A stretch of 36,140 nt of DNA from a virus. Taxonomy: Duplodnaviria > Heunggongvirae > Uroviricota > Caudoviricetes. The notes under the pieces were generated by a model that saw only the letters and a list, made by a program, of their open reading frames with translations, did not search any database and had not been told where the DNA came from. The stretch is taken from the IMG/VR virus record IMGVR_UViG_2703718873_000026. One strand, 5' to 3'. The translations under genes and the position numbers were made by a program. Numbering within the stretch: position 1 is the first letter of the stretch; each line of letters starts with the position of its first letter. This document shows, in pieces, positions 18,048-28,327 of the stretch.

Positions 18048-20462
18048 TTAATACAGGTTCCGCCACTTATCATCTTCCTTCAGACGCTGGTTCCGATAGA
18101 AGATACGCAGGCCTGCTCCTGACGGAATACTGCCGCCGCGAAGGAGCAAATCGACTTCTTTCTCGCTGCCATCAAATCCCCTGGACTTCAGTTCATAGAC
18201 GAGCTGCTGTCGCTGATGGTCTGTAATTCGCTGTTTGTAGTCTTTACGCCGTTTCGGTTTCACCTGGCGTAACCTTGCAGCCAGTTCCCGGCGCTCTTTT
18301 TTGCTCATACTGTGCAGGTAATCGTGCAACTCCTTGTCATTCATACGGGTAATATCCGTTCTGGAGTCCCCATCAGCTGATTTGTCTTTCCCTTGTTGGT
18401 TCAAATTTTCAGCAAGGGGACAGTTATTGCCACGAGTCCAAGGGGCGCAAGCGCCCTGGTCGGCTACCGCCTCCTGAACGTCAACGGCCTTACGAACCAT
18501 TTTCCACTTCACTGCATGAGTGCAGATCTTGCCCTCTGCAATGGGTGACCAGATGCCATAAATACGAATGCCGTGATCGCCATAGGCGGTCGGCTCTTCG
18601 TTGATTTCATAAGCGGTTCTGATAAGGTGATATTTACGGGGAACCAGTACGCCGCCCTGCTTCATGATGTAGGTGGCAAAACAACCAGCATCAGCAGCAG
18701 CCAGGATGGCATCAAGGCGCGGGTCATCCAGTATCGGCGCACCTGCTTTTTTGTCACCCTGTTGCCTTGCCGCCTGACCAGCCAGCAAGCGAAGTTCACG
18801 GTAAGCCTGACGTCCCGGAATACCAAAGAAGCGGAACTGCTGAACACGATGCAGAGACGCCCAGGCATTAACGTATTCGGCGTTATCACGCAGGGATTTA
18901 CCCGTTTCCTTGCTGATCTCGCCAGCCAGACCACGCCCGTCAATGTTCTTACTGATGTATTTCGCGATGTAGCTTGTCGGTGTTCCTTTGCGCGGGTTAA
19001 TCAGCTCAGACTTAAAGCGTGGCCCCGTGTTGTTGCCCAGCTCCTCGCGGTCTACACGGATGGCAAACTTACGCAGTAATGCAGTGATGGCGCGGCGGTC
19101 TTTTTTACGCATGAAGCACATGAGATGCCAGTGCACAGTACCGTCATGGTGCGGCTCAGCCACCCGCACGCCATACCAGCGCAACCCGGTTTTGTGCATT
19201 GCCTTACGAAATGCAGCAAACATGCCGACCATATAATCGCTGCTTTGTCTTACCGTCGCATTTGTCCAGGTCGGGTTGGGTCTGCCGTTGTTGAGCGTGG
19301 AATGGAAACGTGACGGACAGGTGATAGTGTAGAAAACGGCGCAGTCACCGCGCATTTCCGCGATAAGCTCCAGACCTTTAACACAGGCCATCATCTCATT
19401 GCGGCGATGCGCAGGGTTGCTGCTGCTGGCGTTTACCACATCCTCCATGTCCAGCGTGTCGCCGTCTTCGTTCACCAGTTCATGAGAACGGAAAAACTCC
19501 AGCGACTTACGGCGCTGCTCACGTTTATGCATCACGGCTTCATAGCTGACATAGGGAGATGCTTTTTTGCTGACCAGGCAGACAGCACGCAACTGCTCTT
19601 CCCGCCATTCGCAACGCATCTTCCATAATTTCCGATACCACCAGTCGGCGCACAACATACGCGCCAGCGAACCCGGAATGAGTTCATAGGGCACGGGTTT
19701 ACGGCGGTTTCTTTTCCGACGGAGTTGCTCAAACGCAGGTGGGATGACATCCAGACGCAGGGTTTCCGCCGCCACCTTTTCCCATGTCTTGCGGATTTCT
19801 TCTGGCTTAACGTCATCGGTGGCATACAAATCGCCACAAGCTGCATCAAGGCACATGCTCATATGCGCAGCTACCAGGGTGGACAGGCGTTTCACCTGAT
19901 CCTGACTCATTTCAGGCAGAATCAGCAGGCCCTCCAGCCCTTGATGGCTTGCCATAAAACGGAAAGAAGCAGACAGCTGACTGTCACGTACACAATCCAG
20001 TCGCTCCAGACATGGCTTAATCGTCTCACGCAAATAGCGGGAATAAGCCTTTGGCCTGCCCAGGCTGCTGAAGTATTCGATACGTTGCATCAGCGGCTTG
20101 CTAATATGGGTGGGCTGGGCGCTGACGTCCGCCAGAATGACCATGTCCGGGTTAAAACGCTGCTGTTCATGCGCTAGCTTTGCCCGGCTAATGAGCTTAT
20201 CCTGCTCCATTTCGCGCTGGACAGGATCACGAGATTCATTAAAGAAATAACGCTCCCAGACCTGCTCACTCAGTGCATCGCGGCGCAGCTGTTCCTGCTC
20301 ATTATCGGCAGCGTACAGAGTGATCAGGTTTAAAAGTGCAGACTCCGGAGCAACTTCCGCCGGGTCCAGATAAGGGTTAATGGCCTTTTTCGGGCCGTTC
20401 CATGAAAATGCTGCAGCGGCCTCGTTAAAGCCGCTAGAGTTGCTCATATCGTCATGACTCAT
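18048..20462 (-). CDS. A: replication initiation protein (rolling-circle endonuclease), P2 gpA-like
   Basis: 804 aa; metal-binding ..[12 protein letters not shown].. and Tyr-containing region ..[10 protein letters not shown]..; start ATG overlaps the dam stop (ATGA). Confidence 0.85.
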   Translation of the reverse strand: MSHDDMSNSSGFNEAAAAFSWNGPKKAINPYLDPAEVAPESALLNLITLYAADNEQEQLRRDALSEQVWERYFFNESRDPVQREMEQDKLISRAKLAHEQQRFNPDMVILADVSAQPTHISKPLMQRIEYFSSLGRPKAYSRYLRETIKPCLERLDCVRDSQLSASFRFMASHQGLEGLLILPEMSQDQVKRLSTLVAAHMSMCLDAACGDLYATDDVKPEEIRKTWEKVAAETLRLDVIPPAFEQLRRKRNRRKPVPYELIPGSLARMLCADWWYRKLWKMRCEWREEQLRAVCLVSKKASPYVSYEAVMHKREQRRKSLEFFRSHELVNEDGDTLDMEDVVNASSSNPAHRRNEMMACVKGLELIAEMRGDCAVFYTITCPSRFHSTLNNGRPNPTWTNATVRQSSDYMVGMFAAFRKAMHKTGLRWYGVRVAEPHHDGTVHWHLMCFMRKKDRRAITALLRKFAIRVDREELGNNTGPRFKSELINPRKGTPTSYIAKYISKNIDGRGLAGEISKETGKSLRDNAEYVNAWASLHRVQQFRFFGIPGRQAYRELRLLAGQAARQQGDKKAGAPILDDPRLDAILAAADAGCFATYIMKQGGVLVPRKYHLIRTAYEINEEPTAYGDHGIRIYGIWSPIAEGKICTHAVKWKMVRKAVDVQEAVADQGACAPWTRGNNCPLAENLNQQGKDKSADGDSRTDITRMNDKELHDYLHSMSKKERRELAARLRQVKPKRRKDYKQRITDHQRQQLVYELKSRGFDGSEKEVDLLLRGGSIPSGAGLRIFYRNQRLKEDDKWRNLY

Positions 20463-21316
20463 ACACGCACCTCGTACACAGCAGAACTATCTACGCCACA
20501 CGAAGGATCAAATCCCACCCAGCAGCGCGCCCCGGAAACAGCAATGATTTCTGTTGCAGATTTACTCTCGCCAGCCGACACGCCGATGCTGCGTTTTGCC
20601 TTGATGTAGTGGTGAGTGAAATTTCGATACAGCGAACGGATCAGGGATGTGTCACTGTTAGAAACAATGACTGGATGACCTTCTGATGATCGATATTCAA
20701 GAACAGATGCCAGGTGATACTGGTCATCTTCAGTGAAGCCGTCAGTGTGATAGCCGGAAAACGTACCGTCATAAGGCGGATCGCAATACACCACATCCCC
20801 CACCTGCAGCATCGCCAGCGTTTCATCAAAGCTGGCGCAGATAAACGTTGCTCGCTGGGCTTTCTCTGCAAATGCGCGAATTTCTTTTTCAGGGAAATAC
20901 GGATTTTTATAATTACCGTATGGAATGTTGAAATGCCCGCTCTTGTTATAACGACATAACCCACGGTAACCATGACGATTGAGATACAGGAAATATACCG
21001 CTTTCATGAAATCAGTAATTTCAGTGGAGTAATTAAACTCCTGCCTTATGTTGTAATAAGCCACCTCCCTGTTTGCTTCCTCAAATAAAGCTCTGGCACG
21101 AGATATAAACGCCTCGCAATCAGCAGCAACCTTTTTATAGAGGTTGATTAAATCAGGATTAATATCCGCAACAAGATAGCTGGGGTAATCCGTCTCCATC
21201 ATCACAGCACAGGAACCCGCGAAAGGTTCAACCAGTCGCGGGCCAGCAGGAAGATGTTTTTTCAGTTCGGACATAATGGCAGTTTTATTACCCGCCCATT
21301 TCAGGATGGTGCTCAT
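20459..21316 (-). CDS. dam: DNA adenine methyltransferase (Dam-like, N6-adenine)
   Basis: From internal [14 protein letters not shown]..; motifs ..[10 protein letters not shown].. (AdoMet binding) and DPPY. ORF track extends 24 codons upstream. Confidence 0.85.
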
Positions 21317-21615
21317 ACAGCACCTCCTGCAATAACATATCCTAAAGCTTCTAATGGGGTTAATGGGCGAATTGATAGCATCACCCATTGTTCTGAAACT
21401 GCCATGACGTCATTAACCGGAAGCACATGAGAGATAACAGCGGCCCATTCCCTACCCGTAAATACGCCATGCTTCCATTCGCAAAGAGAAAGAACATCAC
21501 CAACTTTATAGCCACGATCGTCTTTACGAAGTTCAGCCGTCTTTTGACCTGCAACCACAGCGTTGAAATACTTAGGTGCAATTTTTAATTGATGGATACG
21601 CACTGCCCTTGTCAT
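21313..21615 (-). CDS. small hypothetical protein (about 100 aa; DUF3850/ASCH-like by N-terminal pattern)
   Basis: From internal [45 protein letters not shown]..; family assignment from memory only. ORF track extends to 21675. Confidence 0.55.
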
Positions 21616-21839
21616 ACAGCACCTCCGTTGTAATGTTTGCCTTTCAGCTCTGCGATTTCCTGGCAGGTAATGCAAAGCTGCACTCCCGGAATGGCACGGC
21701 GGCGTGCTGGCGGAATTGGCGCTTCACACTCAATGCAAAGCACGCGAGACACGCCCGGTGTTTTGGCACGGGCAGCACGGATATGGCGCTGGCGTTCTTC
21801 TTCAACGCGCTGCTGTACGAGATCCATTGCATCAGCCAT
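21612..21839 (-). CDS. TraR/DksA-family C4 zinc-finger protein
   Basis: 75 aa with CIECEAPIP ...18 aa... CITCQ. Confidence 0.7.
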
Positions 21840-22078
21840 TAGTGGATCTCCTGCGCTTCGTTCTGGATTGCTTCAGCAGTCACACGCAGCAGTTCTGCCG
21901 CTTCCACGTGGTTTAGCTGACGGGATGAGATATGACACGCCAGGCTATCAAGGCGAGCTGCCATTGCTTCAGCCCTTGCCCGGCGTTCTTCCAGACGAGC
22001 CTCTGTCAGTAAAATATTAAGCCCTGCATCATCCGGTCCGGTTTTAGTCGTGAGGATTTCAATATTACGCATAATCAA
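21839..22078 (-). CDS. hypothetical early-region protein
   Basis: 79-aa ORF, start overlaps next gene (ATGA-type); between cII-side genes and A. Confidence 0.5.
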   Translation of the reverse strand: MIMRNIEILTTKTGPDDAGLNILLTEARLEERRARAEAMAARLDSLACHISSRQLNHVEAAELLRVTAEAIQNEAQEIH

Positions 22079-22139
22079 TTCTCCTGAATTTAGATAAAGG
22101 GATGCCCGGCGGGTTTACGCCATTAATTTCATTAGTTGG

Positions 22140-22481
22140 TTAATTCGGCATGGTTAGCCGTCTGGGAAATAAGCTCACCACTGCACGAAAATGATTCATT
22201 GCTTTAATCAACTCCCGCTTTTCGTCAGTGGTCAGCTCATTGATGCTGATGCTATGACGTTCAGCCGGAATTTTTGCCATAAAGAATATGGCTGCCAGTG
22301 CTCGTTTATTTTGTTCGTTATTGATATCCCGTGGATCACGCATATCTTTAATAAACCGCTCAAGCTCTGACTCAATATTCAGGCCAAAAACTTTCGCCCT
22401 TAATTCCGCTATGTGATTAAGTCCATTCAGGCGTTCACCGGGGCTTAATGGAACAGTAGCCGCAGCGCCTTCAATAGCCAT
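22140..22481 (-). CDS. hypothetical early-region protein (position of 186 fil/dhr-type genes)
   Basis: 113-aa ORF, ATG with GGGGGA upstream; overlaps the upstream gene by ~37 nt. Confidence 0.5.
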   Translation of the reverse strand: MAIEGAAATVPLSPGERLNGLNHIAELRAKVFGLNIESELERFIKDMRDPRDINNEQNKRALAAIFFMAKIPAERHSISINELTTDEKRELIKAMNHFRAVVSLFPRRLTMPN

Positions 22482-22645
22482 TTGTTCCCCCGTTTTTTCG
22501 TAGATAGTTCTGCCAGCAATTCATCTTGTGAACGGCACGGATGCCAGCGTTTACCATCCTCACCCATGATCCAGCCGTGACCGTAGTGCATTGCCGGGCT
22601 TTGTTTTACCAGCAGCGATGCAAATGATGGTTCTTTCGTCAGCAT
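22445..22645 (-). CDS. hypothetical small early protein
   Basis: ATG at 22643-22645 with GAGGTG upstream, 8 nt after the cII stop; ORF track extends to 22675. Confidence 0.5.
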   Translation of the reverse strand: MLTKEPSFASLLVKQSPAMHYGHGWIMGEDGKRWHPCRSQDELLAELSTKKRGNKWLLKALRLLFH

Positions 22646-22652
22646 AAGCACC

Positions 22653-23162
22653 TCACAGCAAACCGAATGAAGCACCGAGGCCAGTCACGGTATCAACTGC
22701 ACTCGCCATCGCAGGATTAGCCTGTAAACGGGCCTGCAATGAAACAGCAGCCAGCGCCATCAGTCGTGTTACAGAGTTAATGCTGCTGATAGCATCACGA
22801 CGACCGGCACTAGTTTTTACATCACCAGATACCGCACCTGCTGCAACACGTCCAATCTCTGCAGTTGCGCTCATGACGTAATGCGGCAGTTTCTCTTTTG
22901 CAACCTCATTAATCGGTACACATGGCAGGCAGTGAATCTGTGCCAGAAAACCATCTACCAGCGTTGAATCTTCTGTCAGATCGGTAAGCAGCCAGATTTC
23001 TGGTGCGGTTAATAAATGAGGTTGAGATGGGTTCAGCTTGTTCCGCAGAATCTGCACATTCATGCCAGCACGTTCTGCCAGTTGCACCAGATTGTGGCGC
23101 AGTGCGAATGCACGACAGGCTTCATCAAAATGTGGATGTTTGGAAACTTGGTAATCAAACAT
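22653..23162 (-). CDS. cII: CII-like lysogeny establishment activator (phage 186 CII homolog)
   Basis: From ATG 23160-23162: [60 protein letters not shown], 169 aa, colinear with 186 CII (also 169 aa). ORF track adds 3 codons from a TTG. Confidence 0.85.
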   Translation of the reverse strand: MFDYQVSKHPHFDEACRAFALRHNLVQLAERAGMNVQILRNKLNPSQPHLLTAPEIWLLTDLTEDSTLVDGFLAQIHCLPCVPINEVAKEKLPHYVMSATAEIGRVAAGAVSGDVKTSAGRRDAISSINSVTRLMALAAVSLQARLQANPAMASAVDTVTGLGASFGLL

Positions 23163-23226
23163 GGTTTTCAACTCCGAACTTATCGCAAAATCGAACTCAG
23201 CGTCTTATTGCGAAAATAGACATCTA

Positions 23227-23403
23227 TTAAGCAGACAAAGCATCAACAGTCAGAGCAGCCAGGTTAATCATTACCTTTTCACGTTTTTTGTCTTTACGAA
23301 GACGATGACGAGGTAGTCGGCCATCAGCCAACATGTCGTTAATCGTATCAATAGAAAGGCCAGTCAGTTCGCTATAACGTTGGTTTGGGAGAAGGTTCGG
23401 CAT
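23227..23403 (-). CDS. apl: Apl/Cox-like excisionase/repressor with a chimeric N-terminus created at crossover site B
   Basis: ..[40 protein letters not shown].. resembles P2 Cox. Current ATG (23401-23403) and first ~8 codons (MPNLLPNQ) are encoded by site B plus tail-fibre cassette DNA. ORF track extends to 23508. Confidence 0.6.
   Translation of the reverse strand: MPNLLPNQRYSELTGLSIDTINDMLADGRLPRHRLRKDKKREKVMINLAALTVDALSA
23368..23393. other. invertase crossover-like site B: TTCGCTATAACG-TT-GGTTTGGGAGAA
   Basis: Right half identical to the inner half of site C; core TT versus AA at site A; lies exactly at the apl / tail-fibre-cassette junction. Confidence 0.55.
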
Positions 23404-23888
23404 TACCCGTTGGTGTGCCTGTTCCGTGGCCTTCCGCCACTCCGCCAACAGGCTGGCTGAAATGCAACGGTGCGGCTTTTTCTGCTGAAGAATACCCGGA
23501 ACTGGCAAAGGCTTACCCGACCAATAAATTGCCTGATTTACGCGGTGAATTTATTCGTGGCTGGGATGACGGTCGCGGGATTGATACTGGTCGCGCTTTG
23601 CTTAATTGGCAGCCACACACAATTTTGGACCATGCACACTATATGGAATTATGGACAGGGGACGGACTCGCCGCAGGAAGTGCACGGGAAGGAGTAAACC
23701 CAGGAATACTGGCTACATACGGTGACGGGGGAATAGTTAAAACGGATGAACCCGGTCTTAAGGTGCCTTCCTCACTACGAGCTATTAGCTCTCGTAGTGT
23801 TAAACGTTATGGTGAAATTAGTGAAAATGTAGGTACAGAAACTCGTCCTCGTAACATCGCTTTTAATTATATTGTGAGGGCCGCATGA
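23382..23888 (+). CDS. tail fibre variable C-terminal cassette 1 (receptor-binding segment), no own start
   Basis: Begins at the conserved half-site GGT TTG GGA GAA (G L G E) and encodes ..[62 protein letters not shown].., typical of Mu S / P2 H C-terminal domains. Confidence 0.75.
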   Translation, partial: GLGEGSALPVGVPVPWPSATPPTGWLKCNGAAFSAEEYPELAKAYPTNKLPDLRGEFIRGWDDGRGIDTGRALLNWQPHTILDHAHYMELWTGDGLAAGSAREGVNPGILATYGDGGIVKTDEPGLKVPSSLRAISSRSVKRYGEISENVGTETRPRNIAFNYIVRAA

Positions 23889-24490
23889 TGAATAAAGCTG
23901 TATTAAATAGCGAACTCATTGCCATAAAAGCGGGAGATATTACCGTTTATAATTATGATGGTGAAACGCGGGAATATATTTCTACATCAACTGAATATCT
24001 CGCTGTCGGCGTCGGTATCCCGGCATGTTCCTGTCTGGATGCACCAGGTACACATAAAGCTGGTTATGCAATCTGTCGCTCTGTAGATTTAAATTCATGG
24101 GAATATGTGCCAGACCATCGCGGTGAAGTTGTCTATAGTACCGAAACGGGAGATACCAAAGAAATCACAGTTCCGGGTGATTACCCTGAAAATACAACCA
24201 CTATCGCCCCATTAACGCCATACGATGAATGGGATGGTGAGAAATGGGTGACAGATACCGAGGCACAGCATAGCGCCGCAGTAGGCGCGGCAGAAGCACA
24301 GCGCCAGTCGCTGATTGATGCTGCTATGGCTTCCATCAGTCTGATTCAGCTGAAATTGCAGGCCGGGCGGCAGCTGACGCAAGCAGAAATCACCCGCCTT
24401 AACGCTGTGCTGGATTACATTGACACGGTGACGGCAACAGATACCAGCACCGCGCCGGATGTCATCTGGCCTGAACTGCCGGAGGCGTAG
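23885..24490 (+). CDS. tail fibre assembly protein (Tfa / P2 gpG-like)
   Basis: 201 aa; C-terminal ..LQAGRQLTQAEITRLNAVLDYIDTVTATDTSTAPDVIWPELP.. typical of Tfa chaperones. Confidence 0.8.
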   Translation: MMNKAVLNSELIAIKAGDITVYNYDGETREYISTSTEYLAVGVGIPACSCLDAPGTHKAGYAICRSVDLNSWEYVPDHRGEVVYSTETGDTKEITVPGDYPENTTTIAPLTPYDEWDGEKWVTDTEAQHSAAVGAAEAQRQSLIDAAMASISLIQLKLQAGRQLTQAEITRLNAVLDYIDTVTATDTSTAPDVIWPELPEA

Positions 24491-24905
24491 GCCATTCAAT
24501 ATCTGGAGCACTGGAGGTATCAACCAGTTCCAGTGCGTCCAGATAATCCAGCCACAAATTATATTGCGCCAGTTCCTCACTTTTCAGACGACCAATCGCC
24601 GCTTTGCCAGGCCACTGATGGGTATTGATGTAGGTATTGACTTCAGAAACCAAAGATATTTTTTTCATTTCAGCCGTCAACACCTCATCCTCTTTTGAAG
24701 GGGGTGGGGAATTAATCCATACTGGCCGTCCTGAACTGTCAGCGCCAATTTCTTTCCCTTCTGGATGCAGCCCAAGAAATTGCTCATATGTTTCTCTGGT
24801 AATTTCAATAACATCATCAGGAAGCGTTCCCGCATCCTCATATTCTGGAAACAATTCTTGCAGATAAAAACTTTTACTTCCGGGTGAAAAGAATACTGAG
24901 TTCAT
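24462..24905 (-). CDS. tail fibre assembly protein (second, opposite-orientation copy)
   Basis: 147 aa; C-terminal ..LAQYNLWLDYLDALELVDTSSAPDIEWP.. ; convergent with the first Tfa. Confidence 0.8.
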   Translation of the reverse strand: MNSVFFSPGSKSFYLQELFPEYEDAGTLPDDVIEITRETYEQFLGLHPEGKEIGADSSGRPVWINSPPPSKEDEVLTAEMKKISLVSEVNTYINTHQWPGKAAIGRLKSEELAQYNLWLDYLDALELVDTSSAPDIEWPTPPAVQAR

Positions 24906-24907
24906 TA

Positions 24908-25360
24908 TTACCGTCCAATGATTAATGCTGAGACGCTGGTATCTGAAGGAAAGGCTGCATTCAGTGGTTTGTCGACTTTGAACACAATCGTATTATTCCC
25001 CCTGACAGCGGCAAAAGAACAAACCGCAGTCGCGTATGAACCTGTAATATTACTGGATACACCACCATAAGCTGTTGTTGATACCAGAGGGATAACGCCC
25101 AGCACCTTATTAGGAAATACAAAGGGCAATGTGGCTGTGGCAATATAAGACTTATTAGAACCTGTAATGGCATAAGCATTATCAGTCATTCCATTCATCG
25201 CCACCGGGCCGCTTATACTTACAGTAACCATCTGAATGATTAGCCCGTCAGGTTGACGAATCACAAAATTTCCATTGCCACCAGTAACCGTCCAGAAAGA
25301 CATATCAGGGATTTGGTTTTCCCCGTTGCCCACATTCCGTTTTGCCGCTTCTCCCAAACC
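24908..25360 (-). CDS. tail fibre variable C-terminal cassette 2 (alternative receptor-binding segment)
   Basis: On the minus strand begins ..FINVGLGEAAKRNVGNGENQ.. at site C, in frame with the same G-L-G-E half-site codons. ORF track 24908..25402. Confidence 0.7.
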   Translation of the reverse strand, partial: GLGEAAKRNVGNGENQIPDMSFWTVTGGNGNFVIRQPDGLIIQMVTVSISGPVAMNGMTDNAYAITGSNKSYIATATLPFVFPNKVLGVIPLVSTTAYGGVSSNITGSYATAVCSFAAVRGNNTIVFKVDKPLNAAFPSDTSVSALIIGR

Positions 25361-25374
25361 AACGTTTATGAAAA
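25349..25374. other. invertase crossover-like site C: TTCTCCCAAACC-AA-CGTTTATGAAAA
   Basis: Inverted copy of site B (shared half GGTTTGGGAGAA, complementary core); about 55 bp upstream of the invertase gene. Confidence 0.55.
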
Positions 25375-25429
25375 TGCAGAGATAATGGCTAACTGGCATC
25401 ATCCACGGTTTTTATTCAGGGGATTGATC

Positions 25430-25996
25430 ATGCTTATTGGCTATGTACGCGTGTCAACAAATGACCAGAACACCGATTTGCAACGTAATGCACTGAACTG
25501 CGCGGGATGTGAGCGGATTTTTGAGGATAAAATCAGTGGCACTAAGTCCGACAGACCGGGGCTTAAAAAACTGCTCAGGACACTATCGGCAGGAGACACT
25601 CTGGTTGTCTGGAAGCTGGACAGGTTGGGGCGCAGTATGCGGCATCTTGTTACGCTGATAGAAGAGTTGCGTCAGCGTGGCGTGAATTTCCGAAGCCTGA
25701 CTGACAGTATTGATACCAGCACCCCAATGGGCCGTTTCTTTTTTCATGTCATGGGGGCCCTGGCTGAAATGGAACGCGAACTGATAGTTGAACGTACCAT
25801 GGCAGGGCTGGCTGCAGCTCGTGCCAAAGGCAGAGTAGGTGGACGCCGTCCTAAGTTGACCACCGAACAGTGGGCACAGATTGGGCGTTTACTCGAGGCC
25901 GGAGAATCAAGACAGCGTATTGCACTGATTTTTGATGTAGGCGTTTCTACCATTTATAGAAAATTTCCGGCAAATAAGAGCAATGAATCCCCCTGA
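25430..25996 (+). CDS. pin: serine recombinase, DNA invertase of the Hin/Gin/Pin/Cin family
   Basis: From internal ATG: MLIGYVRVSTNDQNTDLQRNAL..GDTLVVWKLDRLGRSM..FRSLTDSIDTSTPMGRFFFHVMGALAEMERELI.ERT.AGLAAAR.KGR.GGR.PKLT.., near-colinear with E. coli e14 Pin. ORF track extends 59 codons upstream. Confidence 0.9.
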   Translation: MLIGYVRVSTNDQNTDLQRNALNCAGCERIFEDKISGTKSDRPGLKKLLRTLSAGDTLVVWKLDRLGRSMRHLVTLIEELRQRGVNFRSLTDSIDTSTPMGRFFFHVMGALAEMERELIVERTMAGLAAARAKGRVGGRRPKLTTEQWAQIGRLLEAGESRQRIALIFDVGVSTIYRKFPANKSNESP

Positions 25997-26044
25997 ATCA
26001 GCATTATTTTGATTATCCCTGCAAGTAGACAAATACCGTCATTT

Positions 26045-26062
26045 TGTGTGAATAACGACACA
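26045..26062. promoter_or_regulatory. late-promoter activator dyad TGT-N12-ACA upstream of FI (PF-like)
   Basis: TGTGTGAATAACGACACA about 75-95 bp upstream of the FI ATG; AGGAGG before the ATG. Confidence 0.45.
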
Positions 26063-26138
26063 ACTGCGCTTAGCTGTTTGTCAGGCACAATCACTTCAAC
26101 ATAGGGCGAAGCCTAATCCAATCAGGAGGTTCGCCACT

Positions 26139-27311
26139 ATGGCTCAGGATTACCACCACGGGGTGCGCGTTGTTGAAGTCAACGAAGGCACCCGATCTAT
26201 TACCACGGTGAGCACCGCCATCGTGGGTATGGTCTGCACGGGCGATGATGCCGATGCAAAAATGTTTCCTCTTAATAAACCCGTGCTGATCACTGATGTG
26301 CTGACTGCCAGCGGTAAAGCGGGTGAGTCAGGTACTCTGGCCCGTTCGCTGGATGCCATCGCTGACCAGGCAAAACCCGTGACCATTGTTGTGCGTGTGC
26401 CGCAGGGTGAAACGGAAGACGAAACCACGACCAATATCATCGGCGCAGTGACTGCTGAAGGTAAAAAAACAGGTATGAAAGCCCTGTTATCTGCCCAGTC
26501 ACAGCTCGGCGTTAAACCGCGCATTCTCGGCGTGCCAGGCCACGACACCAAGGCGGTAGCTACTGAGTTGCTAAGCGTGGCGCAAAGCCTGCGTGGATTT
26601 GCTTACCTGTCAGCGTATGGCTGCAAGACAGTGCAGGAGGCGATCACTTACCGCGAAAACTTCAGCCAGCGCGAAGGGATGCTGATCTGGCCTGACTTTA
26701 CTGGCTGGGACACGGTGCTGAATGCCGAAGCAACGGCATATGCCACCGCCCGTGCGCTTGGTCTGCGCGCCAAAATTGACGAGCAGACCGGATGGCACAA
26801 AAGCCTGTCCAACGTGGGCGTGAACGGTGTCACCGGAATTTCTGCAGATGTGTTCTGGGATCTGCAGGACCCGGCAACCGATGCAGGTCTGCTGAACCAG
26901 AACGACGTCACCACGCTTGTGCGTAAAGACGGTTTCCGCTTCTGGGGTTCCCGCTGCCTGAGTGATGACCCGCTCTTTGCCTTCGAAAACTACACCCGCA
27001 CGGCGCAGGTGCTGATGGACACGATGGCAGAAGCACACATGTGGGCGGTGGATAAACCGCTTAACCCGTCGCTGGCCCGCGACATTATCGAAGGTATCCG
27101 CGCCAAAATGCGCAGCCTGGTCAGTCAGGGCTATCTCATTGGTGGTGATTGCTGGCTGGATGAGTCGGTGAACGACAAAGACACGCTGAAAGCCGGAAAA
27201 CTCACCATCGACTACGACTACACGCCAGTGCCGCCACTTGAAAACCTGATGCTGCGTCAGCGCATCACCGATCAGTACCTGGTGAATTTCGCCAGCCAGG
27301 TCAGCGCGTAA
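26139..27311 (+). CDS. FI: contractile tail sheath protein, P2 gpFI-like
   Basis: 390 aa; [19 protein letters not shown].. typical of P2 FI. Confidence 0.9.
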   Translation: MAQDYHHGVRVVEVNEGTRSITTVSTAIVGMVCTGDDADAKMFPLNKPVLITDVLTASGKAGESGTLARSLDAIADQAKPVTIVVRVPQGETEDETTTNIIGAVTAEGKKTGMKALLSAQSQLGVKPRILGVPGHDTKAVATELLSVAQSLRGFAYLSAYGCKTVQEAITYRENFSQREGMLIWPDFTGWDTVLNAEATAYATARALGLRAKIDEQTGWHKSLSNVGVNGVTGISADVFWDLQDPATDAGLLNQNDVTTLVRKDGFRFWGSRCLSDDPLFAFENYTRTAQVLMDTMAEAHMWAVDKPLNPSLARDIIEGIRAKMRSLVSQGYLIGGDCWLDESVNDKDTLKAGKLTIDYDYTPVPPLENLMLRQRITDQYLVNFASQVSA

Positions 27312-27320
27312 GGGGACAAC

Positions 27321-27836
27321 ATGGCTTTACCACGCAAATTAAAACACCTGAACCTGTTTAACGACGGGAACAACTGGCAGGGGATCGTTGAGTCGCTGAC
27401 GCTGCCGAAATTTACCCGCAAATATGAGAAGTATCGCGGCGGCGGAATGCCGGGTGCGGTGGATGTGGACCTGGGGCTTGATGACAGTGCGCTGGACACA
27501 GAATTTTCCATTGGTGGTACTGAATTGCTGCTGTTTAAACAGATGGGTAAAGCCACGGTGGATGGCATCCAGCTGCGCTTTACCGGCTCTATTCAGCGTG
27601 ACGATACCGGGGAAGTGCAGGCCGTGGAGCTTGTCGTGCGTGGACGTCACAAAGAAGTGGATTCCGGCGAGTGGAAGACGGGCGAAAGCAACACCACCAA
27701 AGTGACCAGTACCAACAGCTACGCGAAGCTGACCATCAATGGTGAGGTGCTCTATGAAGTGGACCTTATCAACATGGTGGAAATTGTGGACGGTGTGGAC
27801 CTGATGGAAGCGCACCGCAACGCCCTCGGCCTCTGA
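27321..27836 (+). CDS. FII: tail tube protein, P2 gpFII-like
   Basis: 171 aa immediately after FI; MALPRKLKHLNLFNDGNNW.. Confidence 0.85.
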   Translation: MALPRKLKHLNLFNDGNNWQGIVESLTLPKFTRKYEKYRGGGMPGAVDVDLGLDDSALDTEFSIGGTELLLFKQMGKATVDGIQLRFTGSIQRDDTGEVQAVELVVRGRHKEVDSGEWKTGESNTTKVTSTNSYAKLTINGEVLYEVDLINMVEIVDGVDLMEAHRNALGL

Positions 27837-27890
27837 TATATCTGAACGGCGCGGGATACCGCGCCAGAACCCAATTGACAGGACAGCAAA

Positions 27891-28193
27891 ATGAGCGATA
27901 AGCAGACTGAAAAGACCATTCAACTGGATACCCCCATCAAGCGCGGTAAAACAGAAATCACCGAAATTGTGCTGCGTAAACCGCAGTCCGGTGCGCTGCG
28001 CGGTACACGCCTGCAGGCCATTATGGATATGGATGTAAACGCGATGATGACCGTGATCCCCCGCATCTCCAGTCCGGCACTGACTGCACAGGAAATTGCA
28101 GAGATGGACCCGGCAGATCTCACTGCCATGTCGGTTGAGGTTGTCACTTTTTTGTTGAAGAAGTCGGTGCTTGCCGGTTTACCGACAGCCTGA
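27891..28193 (+). CDS. E: tail assembly chaperone, P2 gpE-like
   Basis: 100-aa ORF between FII and the tape measure gene; contains the slippery run TTTTTTG near its 3' end. Confidence 0.75.
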   Translation: MSDKQTEKTIQLDTPIKRGKTEITEIVLRKPQSGALRGTRLQAIMDMDVNAMMTVIPRISSPALTAQEIAEMDPADLTAMSVEVVTFLLKKSVLAGLPTA

Positions 28194-28327
28194 CGGTTGA
28201 CGATCTGGTGGCAGATATCGCCACCATTTTTCACTGGCCGCCATCCGTTACTGACGTTATGCCGCTGACCGAAGTGCTGGAATGGCGGTATAAAGCGATT
28301 CAGAGAAGCGGGGCCAACGATGAGTGA
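27891..28327 (+). CDS. E+E' fusion by programmed -1 frameshift (P2 gpE' type)
   Basis: TTTTTTG at about 28149-28155; the -1 frame stays open to a TGA overlapping the T start (ATGAGTGA), as in P2 E/E'. Confidence 0.5.

Noticed and set aside
23385-23888. Plus-strand ORF with TTG start called as an independent gene
   Set aside because: Its start coincides with the crossover half-site and it lacks an SD; it is interpreted as a promoterless variable cassette expressed only when fused to the H constant part.
25253-25429. 59-codon upstream extension of the invertase ORF
   Set aside because: All Hin/Gin/Pin enzymes start at MLIGYVRVS; the extension covers crossover site C and intergenic DNA.
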